Of a stretch of 37,801 nt of DNA, positions 9,734 through 18,430 are shown in pieces. This DNA comes from Microcoleaceae cyanobacterium (GTDB taxonomy: Bacteria > Cyanobacteriota > Cyanobacteriia > Cyanobacteriales > Microcoleaceae), in NCBI GenBank assembly GCA_051652765.1, contig JBOFUV010000054.1, positions 1-37,801 on the forward strand, written 5' to 3'. The notes beneath the pieces were generated by a model that was given only the letters and a program-made list of their open reading frames with translations, was not told the origin of the DNA and ran no database searches. A program made the translations under genes and the position numbers. Numbering within the stretch: the first letter of the stretch is position 1; every line of letters starts with the position of its first letter.

Positions 9734-9772
9734 AAAAATTACTAATAAAAATTACTAATAAAAATTACTAAT
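9734..9772. repeat. 13-bp tandem repeat x3
   Basis: AAAAATTACTAAT in three exact copies. Confidence 0.9.
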
Positions 9773-9885
9773 ATTATGGATGCCAACTCCTATGAATAAG
9801 TATTTGCTCTTGGAGAAGATGAACTGATTGGGATTGTTCAAGGTTCCCAATTCCCGGACTTAAACGAAGACTATTTTGTGTTCAT

Positions 9886-10545
9886 TTAGAGCTGATAAAT
9901 TACTTTGAAAGCAGCCTTGGCTCCAGGAGGAACAATACCAATTTTTTCGAACTGGATTTCTGGCATCCCCTCCAGATGTTCAACCACAGAATTGGTCACT
10001 AAAATGTCCCAGGGTTTGGCCATATCTTCCCCGAGTTTACTAGCAGCATTGATCTCTGCACCAAAAACATCTTGATCCCCGATGGTTAAGATTCTGCCGT
10101 ATCCAATTCCTACACAGAGTAAAATCTTGTCGGCATCTGATTTGTCTTGGTTGTAAGCTTTGGCTGCCTGTTGCATAGCGATCGCGCACTGCACTGCTTT
10201 CTTGGGTTGTCGAAACACGATTAACAAACTGTCCCCTTCTGTCTTAATTAAAATACCATCGTGTTCATCAATACAAGGGCCAAAGATCCGTTGGGATTCG
10301 TAGATATTCTGGAGGAAATGAATGATCCCAAATTCAGCGACCAAGCGGGAGAAACCGGACAGATCCGTGAACATTACCGCCCAAGTTTCTCCAAATAAAT
10401 CCCAAATCCGGGCATCAATTTTGGCCTTGTCTGCATCAGGTCGTAAGCGTTCTTGCAGTAACTTTTCCAACCGTACAAGGTATCCGCTGGGTTGAATCCT
10501 AGTCACGTATTGCATTAAAGTGTCGTCCTCTGATTGATTTCCCAT
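9886..10545 (-). CDS. Stand-alone class III adenylate/guanylate cyclase domain protein
   Basis: VMFTDLSGFS, IKTEGDSLL, CVGIGYG and DVFGAEINAASKL. Confidence 0.85.
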   Translation of the reverse strand: MGNQSEDDTLMQYVTRIQPSGYLVRLEKLLQERLRPDADKAKIDARIWDLFGETWAVMFTDLSGFSRLVAEFGIIHFLQNIYESQRIFGPCIDEHDGILIKTEGDSLLIVFRQPKKAVQCAIAMQQAAKAYNQDKSDADKILLCVGIGYGRILTIGDQDVFGAEINAASKLGEDMAKPWDILVTNSVVEHLEGMPEIQFEKIGIVPPGAKAAFKVIYQL

Positions 10546-10591
10546 CCATTGATCTTATGAGCTTAGCTGTTCCCTCATGTGAAGTATGAAC

Positions 10592-10636
10592 GTGGAGTGG
10601 GCCTCTTGCCCGCACAGCCTAGAAGTCTGCACCACA
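10592..10636. repeat. Inverted pair of GGCATCTTGCC-family REP-like hairpins
   Basis: GTGGAGTGGGCCTCTTGCCCGC, followed by an opposite-orientation degenerate copy (reverse complement TGTGGTGCAGACTTCTAGGCTGT). Relatives at 4523-4545 and 18822-18845. Confidence 0.6.
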
Positions 10637-10864
10637 AGGCCATTGTCTACAGGGTTCCCTATTCCCTAACCCCTCCACTGCTTAACTTCACCTCAGGCCA
10701 AACCGGCAATCTGATAAGAGTCAGATGAGATTTTCTTAATATTTCCCCAAACAGATTTTAGCTGAGCCTATCCTAAAGAAGAGTCTTGCCCAATCGCAGT
10801 TAGCAAGATTCCAGAGAGAGATTGTTAATATCGATTTATCTAGCGTGTATTCTGGTGATCAACG

Positions 10865-12037
10865 GTGATTTCTCTAACTAACCCCATGATGTCGGCTGAA
10901 TCCTTGACCCATCAGTGGCGTTCCCAAGTTGAACAGGACTATTTGGCACGCAGCCCGGAAGTGCGAGAGAGTATTGTTCGCTGGCTGTTGGGCGAGAATT
11001 CAACTCAATGGGAAACTCTAACCCCCACTCAGCAAAAAGCAGTTGAACAGGGAATTCAGTTTCGGTATCGGATTTTGCAACAGCGCTATTTGGATGCTTC
11101 ACCGGAACAGGCGTATCGAAATTTGATGCGACGGTTAGGAGGATTAGTCATCCTCCGTCAAAAAATCCAGAGTTGGGTGGCGACGAGTCGAGATCGGCAG
11201 CGCAAAGTCATTGATGTCTTGCAGGAAGTGATTCAGGAAATGCTGAATAGCGATCGCTATCTGCAACAGCAGTTAGCCTGGATTTCAGAGTGTACCTCAG
11301 ATCCCAAATTGCGGAATGCTTTGCTGTTTACCAGTCTAGAAGAATATTGCCTGCGACCGATTCGGAACCAACCCTTGATTGCCTGTCGATTTGTCAACTA
11401 TCTGCGTCAATCTCAGAAAGGGGGATTGACCCAAGTTCCTTCTGGGGAGTGGGTTCGGCAGGTTTCTGATGAAACAATGACTCATGACATGGATGAGCCC
11501 ATGAGCCTGTTGGATAACCAGGCGCTCGCCCAATACGAAGACACTCAATTTTTGGAGCATCAACATGCCCAAGGTTTGACGGTTCAGGCTGAATTTACCA
11601 ATTACCTGCAAGACAAGGTTGATCCCTTTGCAGCTCAGTGGTTACAGCTTTACCTGCGAGGAGAATCCCAGGAGGCGATCGCTCAAACCCTTAACCTACC
11701 CATTAAACAGGTCTATCGACTTCGAGAAAAAGTCAGCTATCATGCCGTGCGAAATTTTGCTCTAAAACAGCCTTCTGAGTGGGTTACAACGTGGTTAGGC
11801 ACTTCCCTGACGGAAAATCGACTTGGACTGACTGAAACTCAGTGGCAGGAATTTTGGCAAAACCTAGATCCCGCTCAGCAAAAGATTCTGCAGGGGTTAA
11901 AGCAGGGTCAATCCGTTGAGAATATTGCCAAACAGCTCAATTTAAAGATCACTCAAGTCTTGAATGAGTGGACAAAGCTTTATTTCATGGCTCAGACAAT
12001 GAGAAACTCAGCTAGCCCTAGCAGCGATCTTGAATAG
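10865..12037 (+). CDS. HetZ-related protein (sigma-like multi-HTH regulator)
   Basis: SIVRWLLG, ILQQRYL, QEVIQEML, LLFTSLEEY, and HTH segments LYLRGESQEAIAQTLNLPIKQVYRLREKVSYHA and GQSVENIAKQLNL. Matches my recollection of the cyanobacterial HetZ-related protein 2 family. Confidence 0.75.
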   Translation: MISLTNPMMSAESLTHQWRSQVEQDYLARSPEVRESIVRWLLGENSTQWETLTPTQQKAVEQGIQFRYRILQQRYLDASPEQAYRNLMRRLGGLVILRQKIQSWVATSRDRQRKVIDVLQEVIQEMLNSDRYLQQQLAWISECTSDPKLRNALLFTSLEEYCLRPIRNQPLIACRFVNYLRQSQKGGLTQVPSGEWVRQVSDETMTHDMDEPMSLLDNQALAQYEDTQFLEHQHAQGLTVQAEFTNYLQDKVDPFAAQWLQLYLRGESQEAIAQTLNLPIKQVYRLREKVSYHAVRNFALKQPSEWVTTWLGTSLTENRLGLTETQWQEFWQNLDPAQQKILQGLKQGQSVENIAKQLNLKITQVLNEWTKLYFMAQTMRNSASPSSDLE

Positions 12038-12062
12038 CTGATGATTGGATTTTTTTAAGACA

Positions 12063-12101
12063 TTAGGAGGCAGAAAAAGTTTTCTATCTCCTAAATTTTT
12101 C
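12063..12101 (+). terminator. Intrinsic terminator-like hairpin after the HetZ-related gene
   Basis: TTAGGAGGCAGAAAA...TTTTCTATCTCCTAA imperfect stem followed by a T-run, between convergent genes. Confidence 0.55.
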
Positions 12102-12174
12102 GTCCCGTAGCTAAAATGCAGAGACGCTTCTGACAGCGCCTCTCCGGCAGGATATCATCAATCCGGATTGCACT

Positions 12175-12825
12175 TTACTGGTTTTCTGGCGGTAGGATGA
12201 CCGCATCAACTGCGTGAATCACACCATTGCTGCCAACAATGTCAGTTTTGATCACCGTAGCATCGTTGACTTTGACTGCCTTGGTGGTCTCATCGACTTG
12301 AATTTCCAATGGAGTACCTTCAACACTTTCCACTGTACCGGCCTGAACATCCGCAGCCATTACTTTTGCAGGAACAACATGGTACTTGAGAATCTTGATC
12401 AGCTGATCTTTATTCTCCGGTTTCAGCAGATTTTCTACAGTGCCCTCTGGCAAAGCCGCAAAAGCCTCATCCGTTGGAGCAAAAACTGTGTAAGGCCCTT
12501 CTCCAGAAAGAACTTCAGTCAGTTCAGCAGCTTTCAAAGCAGTCACTAAGGTACTGAATGTGCTGTCGCCACTCGCGATCTCTACAATGGTTTGAGCTTG
12601 CTCGCTGGAAGCAGGAGTTGCGCTGGTGTCGGTGGTGCCATCGGCAGCCGCACTGGTTGCAGGAGATTCAGTTACAGGGGTTTCAGTAGATGCCGGAGCC
12701 TCAGTCACCTGCTCTGTTGCAGTCTCTCCAGGGTTGTTCTGAGCAGTAGGCTGGTTACAGGCTGCCAATACGGAAACGCTGCCTAGGGCCGCTAGTACCA
12801 ACAATCCCTTCATTGCTTTTTTCAT
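12175..12825 (-). CDS. Fasciclin (FAS1) domain lipoprotein
   Basis: Start reassigned to MKKAMKG (GAGAGG RBS). Lipobox LAA-C, Thr/Ala/Pro linker, and FAS1 motifs FSTLVTALKAA, YTVFAPTDEAF, ILKYHVV and SNGVIHAVDAVI. Confidence 0.92.
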   Translation of the reverse strand: MKKAMKGLLVLAALGSVSVLAACNQPTAQNNPGETATEQVTEAPASTETPVTESPATSAAADGTTDTSATPASSEQAQTIVEIASGDSTFSTLVTALKAAELTEVLSGEGPYTVFAPTDEAFAALPEGTVENLLKPENKDQLIKILKYHVVPAKVMAADVQAGTVESVEGTPLEIQVDETTKAVKVNDATVIKTDIVGSNGVIHAVDAVILPPENQ

Positions 12826-13035
12826 TGTTAACCTCTCAGAAATGATGTTAAATAAATCTTCACCTAAGAATAGAAATCTTAACACAATATGAGCAAATGG
12901 CAAGCTGAGTAAGTTCAAGCGGTGAAATTTGGCCCAGGGAATCTCTGTTTGTTGGGTTTGCGGAATCAGCAAGGGACATCTCAGCTTCCAATCCTCCTTT
13001 TTCAGAAGGATTGAGGGCGATCGCTGCATACCCAT

Positions 13036-13100
13036 ACTTAACAACAACACTCAGCAATAATACTTAGTAATAACACTTAGCAACAACACTTAACAACAAC
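13036..13100. repeat. 13-bp degenerate tandem repeat x5
   Basis: ACTTAACAACAAC / ACTCAGCAATAAT / ACTTAGTAATAAC / ACTTAGCAACAAC / ACTTAACAACAAC. Confidence 0.9.
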
Positions 13101-13475
13101 AGCTATGGCAATCAGTAATGATTTGTGAGCGTTGCCCCTCCTTGAAGGATTCTAGTGTGCTGATCAGTTCTTGTGGTGATGTTCTATTGATGGGATCAAC
13201 TAACTTACTACAACTAACCTACTACATCTCCTATACTCAAGCATGATGATAGTTGAAAGTAGGAATTCTTTTGAGTTGACTTTGATTTTGCTAACAAAAG
13301 TTTAACAACTTTATAAAGATACAATTAACAGAATTTCAAGAATTTTATCAGTGGTCAGCCAGTAGGAAAAATCAAAGGGGAAATTAGGATGCTGAATCCA
13401 AGGTTTTAAGTTACAATCTGTTACGGCTGTTATTCGCCCTAACCCTATATTCCCTACCCTACAATTGCCTACCCT

Positions 13476-14135
13476 ATGGTGCCTAAGTGGCTGGCTCTAA
13501 ACTGGCGTGTTATTCTGCTGTTCGTTGTAGTGGGAACGGCTCTCACTCCCCTTGTTCTGAGCCAGTATGTCCAGTTAATCACCCGTGGCTCTTGTTACAA
13601 GGCTTTGGACAATGTTCCAAACAAGCCTGTTGCCATTGTTTTTGGAGCAGGGCTCTGGGCTGATGGTACACCAACACCAATGCTGGCCGATCGAGTTCAG
13701 GGGGCGGTTGATCTATATCGCTCAGGGCAGGTTCAGAAGATTTTAATGACGGGGGACAACGGCAGCCCAGAATACAATGAGGTCGTTGCGATGCAGCACT
13801 ATGCGGAGCAGCAAGGGGTTCCTGCTGATGCAATCAAACTCGATTATGCTGGGTTTAGTACCTACGAGAGCTGTTACCGAGCCAAGGAAATTTTTGGCAT
13901 CGACCAAGCCGTCCTCGTCACCCAGCAGTATCATTTGCCCCGCGCAGTCTACACTTGCAATCGTCTCGGAGTGGATGTCGTAGGGTATGGAACACCGGAT
14001 TGGGGGAGATATCAAGACGACTCAATGCGGTTTTATGCCAAGCGAGAAATTTTGGCAACGGTAAAAGCAGTTTTAGAGATTCATATATTGCATCCCAAGC
14101 CAACTTTTTTGGGGCCATTTGAAGGAATGTCTTAG
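13476..14135 (+). CDS. SanA/YdcF (DUF218) family membrane-anchored protein
   Basis: N-terminal TM; AIVFGAG, MLADRV, LMTGDN, YNEVVAM, DYAGFSTYES, VTQQYHLPRA and REILA. Confidence 0.9.
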   Translation: MVPKWLALNWRVILLFVVVGTALTPLVLSQYVQLITRGSCYKALDNVPNKPVAIVFGAGLWADGTPTPMLADRVQGAVDLYRSGQVQKILMTGDNGSPEYNEVVAMQHYAEQQGVPADAIKLDYAGFSTYESCYRAKEIFGIDQAVLVTQQYHLPRAVYTCNRLGVDVVGYGTPDWGRYQDDSMRFYAKREILATVKAVLEIHILHPKPTFLGPFEGMS

Positions 14136-14302
14136 GGGTTAGGCGGGCTGGGTTTACGGCAATTTGTTACGGCAATTTGTTAAATGAATAGACCTCTCAT
14201 GAAGCGTTGGAGGTGAGGGCTGAATCAGTAAAGACGGTTGTAAAGTGATCACATGTACAGTGATCGCAATTGATCACCAGAGTGTAAACGGGAGTTCCAA
14301 CA

Positions 14303-14944
14303 ATGCTGTATCTGGATTCTGCCCTGATTGCTGAAGTAAAAGCAGCAACTCAGTGGGGATGGGTAAAGGGAGTTACAACCAATCCAACGCTCTTAGCCAA
14401 AAGTGAGCTGTCTCCAGAGGAAACGTTGCAGCAGTTGAAGGCGATTGTTCCAGGAGAAATTTATTATCAACTCACTTCAACTGACTTTGCAGAAATGGTA
14501 GCAGAGGGTAGGGTTGCCGCTAAGATGCTCGGATCTCAAGCTGTTTTGAAAATCCCAGCAACGTCTTTAGGCTTTGAAGTTACCGCTTATTTATCTCCAG
14601 AGATTTCCTGTTCGGTTACGGCAATTTATAGTGCCGCCCAAGCAGCAGTCGCCCAAGCAGCGGGGGCAAAGTATGCGATCGCCTATGTTAATCGGGCAAC
14701 TCGCCTGTTGGGAGACGGGATTGCTTTGGTGAGGGAGATGGCTGATGTCCTGGCTGGAAGTGAGACCAAAATTCTGGCGGCTAGCATCAAATCCCCCGCA
14801 GAAGCCGTCGCAACCTTGCGCGCAGGCGCTGATCATTTGACGCTACCCTACGAAATCCTAAAAGCCATGACCACCCATGATCTGTCCGAAGCAACGGTGG
14901 CAGAGTTTGCTCAAGGTGGGGTAGGGTTAGGACAGAGCGCCTGA
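14303..14944 (+). CDS. Short transaldolase-family protein with fructose-6-phosphate-aldolase-type residues
   Basis: LYLDSA, GVTTNPTL, Schiff-base VLKIP and KILAASIK; Gln in IYYQL and Tyr in AYVNR. Confidence 0.88.
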   Translation: MLYLDSALIAEVKAATQWGWVKGVTTNPTLLAKSELSPEETLQQLKAIVPGEIYYQLTSTDFAEMVAEGRVAAKMLGSQAVLKIPATSLGFEVTAYLSPEISCSVTAIYSAAQAAVAQAAGAKYAIAYVNRATRLLGDGIALVREMADVLAGSETKILAASIKSPAEAVATLRAGADHLTLPYEILKAMTTHDLSEATVAEFAQGGVGLGQSA

Positions 14945-14953
14945 TGCCCAAGA

Positions 14954-16162
14954 TTAGCTAGAAGCCTCACCATTCTCTTGGGCTGCTTCAACGTTGCGGA
15001 AGGGTAAATCTTGGTTTACACAATCAATTTCTTGCTGTTCCATGTCGTTGATTTTGCCAATATAGCCTCGTAGAATTCGCGCTAAACGTTCATCATAGAA
15101 GCGATGTAGACTATAGTTCGGTAGGGCAGGAAATCCTCGACGCTTCTTGTGCCGCCCGCCTGCACCCGGATCAAACACTTGAATCCCATTCTGAACGGCC
15201 CACTCGATCGGGGAATAGTAACAGGCATCAAAGTGCAAGCAATCAATTTCTTGAAAGCTGCCCCAGTAGCGTCCATAAAGGCGATCGCCCTTAGTTAAAC
15301 AAAATGACATTCCCACAGGTTGGCGCTGATCAGGTTCAGCATAGGCTGCTATGAAGAGGACACGATGGCGATAATTATGGTGCAATTCTTCAAAGAATTT
15401 TCGAGTCAAATACTTGCTTCCCCACCAGCCAAATTTGTCGCAAGTATCGGCATAAAACGTGTACATTAATGAAAACAAAGACTTGGGAATATCGTCCCCA
15501 GTTAATCGCTTCAGAACCAAACCTGCTTTTTCAACAGCCTTACGTTCTCGCTTAATATTGCGACGTTGATTGGCATTAAAAACCTGCAAATATTCTTCAA
15601 AAGAATTGAATCCCTGGTTTTGCCAAATATAGCTGTGATGCAACCAGGCCGTGAATCCCTGTTGCTCCATCAATAATTTCCACTCTGGATCAACGTAGAG
15701 AAAACTGCACCCAGAGATGCGATTTCGAGCACAAAATTGATCGATTTCATTTACCATCAAGGCAGTTAACTCAACCTCATCTTCTCCGGGTGCAATCAGA
15801 AATCGATAGCCTTCTGCTGGAGTAAAAGGTGACATTCCCAACAGCTTGGGGTAGTAGTCAATGCCCAGTTGGTAGGCCAAATCTGCCCACTGATTGTCAA
15901 AGACAAATTCACCTCGACTATGACCTTTGAGGTACAGGGGCGCAATGGCAACGATTTGGCGATCGCGCCGAACGACCAAATGATGGGGCAACCATCCGGC
16001 CTGACCTGTTGCACTTCCCGAGGCTTCTAGATTATGCAACCAGTCCCATTCAAAAAAAGGCGTTTTCAAGGATTGGGCAAGCGCCTCCCACTCGGCTTTG
16101 GGGACTTCGGCAACAGTGTTAATCCAGGTAATGCCATCGGAAGACTTGAACTGCTTGAACAT
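14954..16162 (-). CDS. GNAT/FemAB-like N-acyltransferase (DUF482 type)
   Basis: PLYLKGHSRGEFVFD, YYPKLLGMSPFTP, RRNIKRER, LYGRYWG, LHFDACYY and DPGAGGRHKKRRGF. Start reassigned to MFKQF (uncertain). Confidence 0.85.
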   Translation of the reverse strand: MFKQFKSSDGITWINTVAEVPKAEWEALAQSLKTPFFEWDWLHNLEASGSATGQAGWLPHHLVVRRDRQIVAIAPLYLKGHSRGEFVFDNQWADLAYQLGIDYYPKLLGMSPFTPAEGYRFLIAPGEDEVELTALMVNEIDQFCARNRISGCSFLYVDPEWKLLMEQQGFTAWLHHSYIWQNQGFNSFEEYLQVFNANQRRNIKRERKAVEKAGLVLKRLTGDDIPKSLFSLMYTFYADTCDKFGWWGSKYLTRKFFEELHHNYRHRVLFIAAYAEPDQRQPVGMSFCLTKGDRLYGRYWGSFQEIDCLHFDACYYSPIEWAVQNGIQVFDPGAGGRHKKRRGFPALPNYSLHRFYDERLARILRGYIGKINDMEQQEIDCVNQDLPFRNVEAAQENGEASS

Positions 16163-16265
16163 AGATTTTATCAATGGGTTGGGACGCATCTTCACTCTAT
16201 AGGGTAATTCAAGACCATAAACTGTGCAGGAAACTGTCCAAGACAACCCCATCCCGTTAGCAAAG

Positions 16266-16407
16266 CCGCGATTTGTAGTAATCGGCAAAATTCAAGATCA
16301 GTATTGGGCAGCGATAATTACTTATAGAGGAGAAAAAGCCCGAATTATTTCAGTTTATTTCAGTTCGCCGCGCCCGGAAGAATGAGGTAGCCCTTTATGA
16401 AAGCTGA
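16266..16407 (+). pseudogene. BrnT-family toxin remnant (5'-truncated and frameshifted)
   Basis: Translates as PRFVVIGKIQDQYWAAIITYRGEKARIISV / RRARKNEVALYES*. A 10-bp duplication (TATTTCAGTT at 16346-16355 and 16356-16365) breaks the frame. The restored stop overlaps the antitoxin start. Confidence 0.8.
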
Positions 16408-16636
16408 ACAATTTGACAAAAAATTTGATGAGAATCAGGAAGACATAACTCAGTATTTGGATTTGTCTCGAATGCGTCGCCCCAACAAAGAACAGAAACA
16501 AGCCATTAATGTTGATTTTCCGTTGTGGATCATTGAGGCGCTTGATTCTGAAGCTCAACGCTTAGGTCTGACTCGTCAATCAATGATTGAAGAATGGATT
16601 ACTGAACGTCTAAAGCAAACTCTGATGAACTTTTAA
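16397..16636 (+). CDS. BrnA/CopG-like ribbon-helix-helix antitoxin
   Basis: MKAEQFDKKFDE..DITQYLDLS and INVDFPLWIIEALDSEAQRLGLTRQSMI..WI.ERL; located directly behind the BrnT-like remnant. Confidence 0.85.
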   Translation: MKAEQFDKKFDENQEDITQYLDLSRMRRPNKEQKQAINVDFPLWIIEALDSEAQRLGLTRQSMIEEWITERLKQTLMNF

Positions 16637-16687
16637 AGAAGTTTTAAAGAAGTTTAAAGAACTTTTAAAGAAGTTTAAAGAAGTTTT
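16628..16687. repeat. 11-12 bp tandem repeat, about 5 copies
   Basis: GAAS-TTT(T)-AAA units (GAACTTTTAAA / GAAGTTTTAAA / GAAGTTTAAA...) beginning at the antitoxin stop codon; unit length varies by one T. Confidence 0.8.
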
Positions 16688-16890
16688 ATTCTGCGTCCAT
16701 GAATCCCTTTGAACATTACCCCTTGAGCATTGCTACTGAACATTGACAGGTTTAATCGCTAGATGATCAATGGCCGATTCCAAGGCGATGATTCCTTCTT
16801 GATGACCCTTGACATCAATCTGCACGTTTCCAAACGGCTGTGATGACATCATTGATTTCAAGTTATTGACTTCAAGTTCTAGATAAATTT

Positions 16891-17376
16891 CTAGCTCAAA
16901 ATCAGTTGCCAATATCCGACATCAACCCATTGATGAAACTTATAGCCAACTGATTTAAAATGAGCAACTTTTTCAAAGCCAAATTTTTCATGCAGGGCAA
17001 TACTGGATGGATTGGGTAGGGCAATCCCCCCCAGAACAACATGAACGTCCAGATGATTCAGGCGGGTTAAAAGTTCTTGATAGAGTTGGCTACCAATGCT
17101 TTGATTCAGGGCTTGGTGATGGATATAAACACTACTTTCCACTGAAAATCGATAGGCTGATCTGATGTGCCAGGGTTTGGCATAGGCGTAACCCAGGAGG
17201 CGATCCTTGTCTAAAAAGACAATCCAGGGAAAAGAAACGGTTACGGCCTTGATTCGAGCTTGAATCTCTGCGCTAAAAACTTCAGTTTCTTCAAACGTGA
17301 CAACTGTGTTTTTTATGTAGTAGTTATAAACTTGACAGATTGCGTCTGCATCCTGCAAAGTCACATCCCGAATCAT
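16891..17376 (-). CDS. GNAT acetyltransferase, phosphinothricin/methionine-sulfoximine (Pat/YncA, ArsN1-like) family
   Basis: YNYYIKNTVVTFEE, GYAYA..W..RSAYRFSVESSVY, GIALPNPSSIALHEKFGF and GYKFHQWVDVGYWQ. Start at MIRD. Confidence 0.9.
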   Translation of the reverse strand: MIRDVTLQDADAICQVYNYYIKNTVVTFEETEVFSAEIQARIKAVTVSFPWIVFLDKDRLLGYAYAKPWHIRSAYRFSVESSVYIHHQALNQSIGSQLYQELLTRLNHLDVHVVLGGIALPNPSSIALHEKFGFEKVAHFKSVGYKFHQWVDVGYWQLILS

Positions 17377-17407
17377 ACGCTGCCTGAAAATTTTTGATTT
17401 TGGGCAA

Positions 17408-17432
17408 GGGGGCAAGGCAACCTTACCCCTAC
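17408..17432 (-). repeat. GTAG-type REP-like hairpin (same family as 6454)
   Basis: Reverse complement GTAGGGGTAAGGTTGCCTTGCCCCC. Confidence 0.65.
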
Positions 17433-17449
17433 CTCAGGTAATTTTGCTG

Positions 17450-18430
17450 CTAACAGTCAGTCTTGAGGTTGACCGTAAAGGTTGAACCCACTCCAAGCTG
17501 ACTAGAAATATGGATGTTGCCGTCCAAAATTTCACACAAATGAGAGCAAATGGCTAGCCCTAGCCCCGTTCCCTCATATTGACGAGTCATAGAGCTATCA
17601 ACCTGAGAAAATTCCTCAAACAGCATTTGCTGGTGTTCGGCAGAGATCCCAATGCCAGTATCTGTAACTTGGCAACAGATCCAGTTCACGCCTTCACTGA
17701 CTTGCCGACTGATTCTCAGCGTTATCTCGCCTCCCCGAGTAAATTTCAGGGCATTATCTAGTAAGTTCAACAAAATCTGTCGCAGCTTTGCGGGGTCGGT
17801 ATGCACCAAGCCCAGGTTCTCCCCGTAGGACACACAGAGATGATTCTGATGCCTCTGGGCTTTAGGATATAGCTGGGTGAGCAACGCCTCAACTAAAGTC
17901 ACTGGGTCAAAAGTTGTCTTGTTCACTTGCATTTGACCTGCTTCTAGCTTGGTCAGGTCTAGAATGTCATTAATGAGACAGAGCAAGTGTTGACTTTCTT
18001 GCTGAATAATCTGGATATCTGGAAGTGAGTCCACTAAACCTTGGGCGATCGCCTCTTCTTGCAAAATGTCAGCATATCCAACAATGGCATGAAGGGGGGT
18101 ACGAAGTTCATGGCTCATCTTCGCTAAGAAAGAACGCTTTGCTTCAGATGCAACCAAGGCAGCTTCTAGAGCCTTTTGTAACGCAGATTCAAGGAACACA
18201 TGACCCAGATTGCAATGACTACAGGGGTATTCACCAAAGGATTGAGTCGGGGCAATCGGGCTTGAACTTTCCCCTAGGGATGGGGGAACCAAGCTTGAAG
18301 GCAAATGATCCTGCTGTCGTAGCAAAGTCTTGAGATGAATGTTTTCCCGTAGCAACTGCTCTCGCTCCTCTCGCAAAACAAGATAAGCGATCACATCCTG
18401 TTGATTCACTTGGGTTGGGTTCACTAACAT
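17450..18430 (-). CDS. Orphan cytoplasmic histidine kinase (HisKA + HATPase_c)
   Basis: H-box FLAKMSHELRTPL, N-box QILLNLLDNALKFT, G1 DTGIGI and G2 GTGLGL. No TM or receiver domain. Confidence 0.9.
   Translation of the reverse strand: MLVNPTQVNQQDVIAYLVLREEREQLLRENIHLKTLLRQQDHLPSSLVPPSLGESSSPIAPTQSFGEYPCSHCNLGHVFLESALQKALEAALVASEAKRSFLAKMSHELRTPLHAIVGYADILQEEAIAQGLVDSLPDIQIIQQESQHLLCLINDILDLTKLEAGQMQVNKTTFDPVTLVEALLTQLYPKAQRHQNHLCVSYGENLGLVHTDPAKLRQILLNLLDNALKFTRGGEITLRISRQVSEGVNWICCQVTDTGIGISAEHQQMLFEEFSQVDSSMTRQYEGTGLGLAICSHLCEILDGNIHISSQLGVGSTFTVNLKTDC

Noticed and set aside
14245..14277. GTGATC palindromes upstream of the aldolase as a CRP or NtcA site
   Set aside because: The spacing fits neither TGTGA-N6-TCACA nor GTA-N8-TAC; the core is GATC/HIP1-like.
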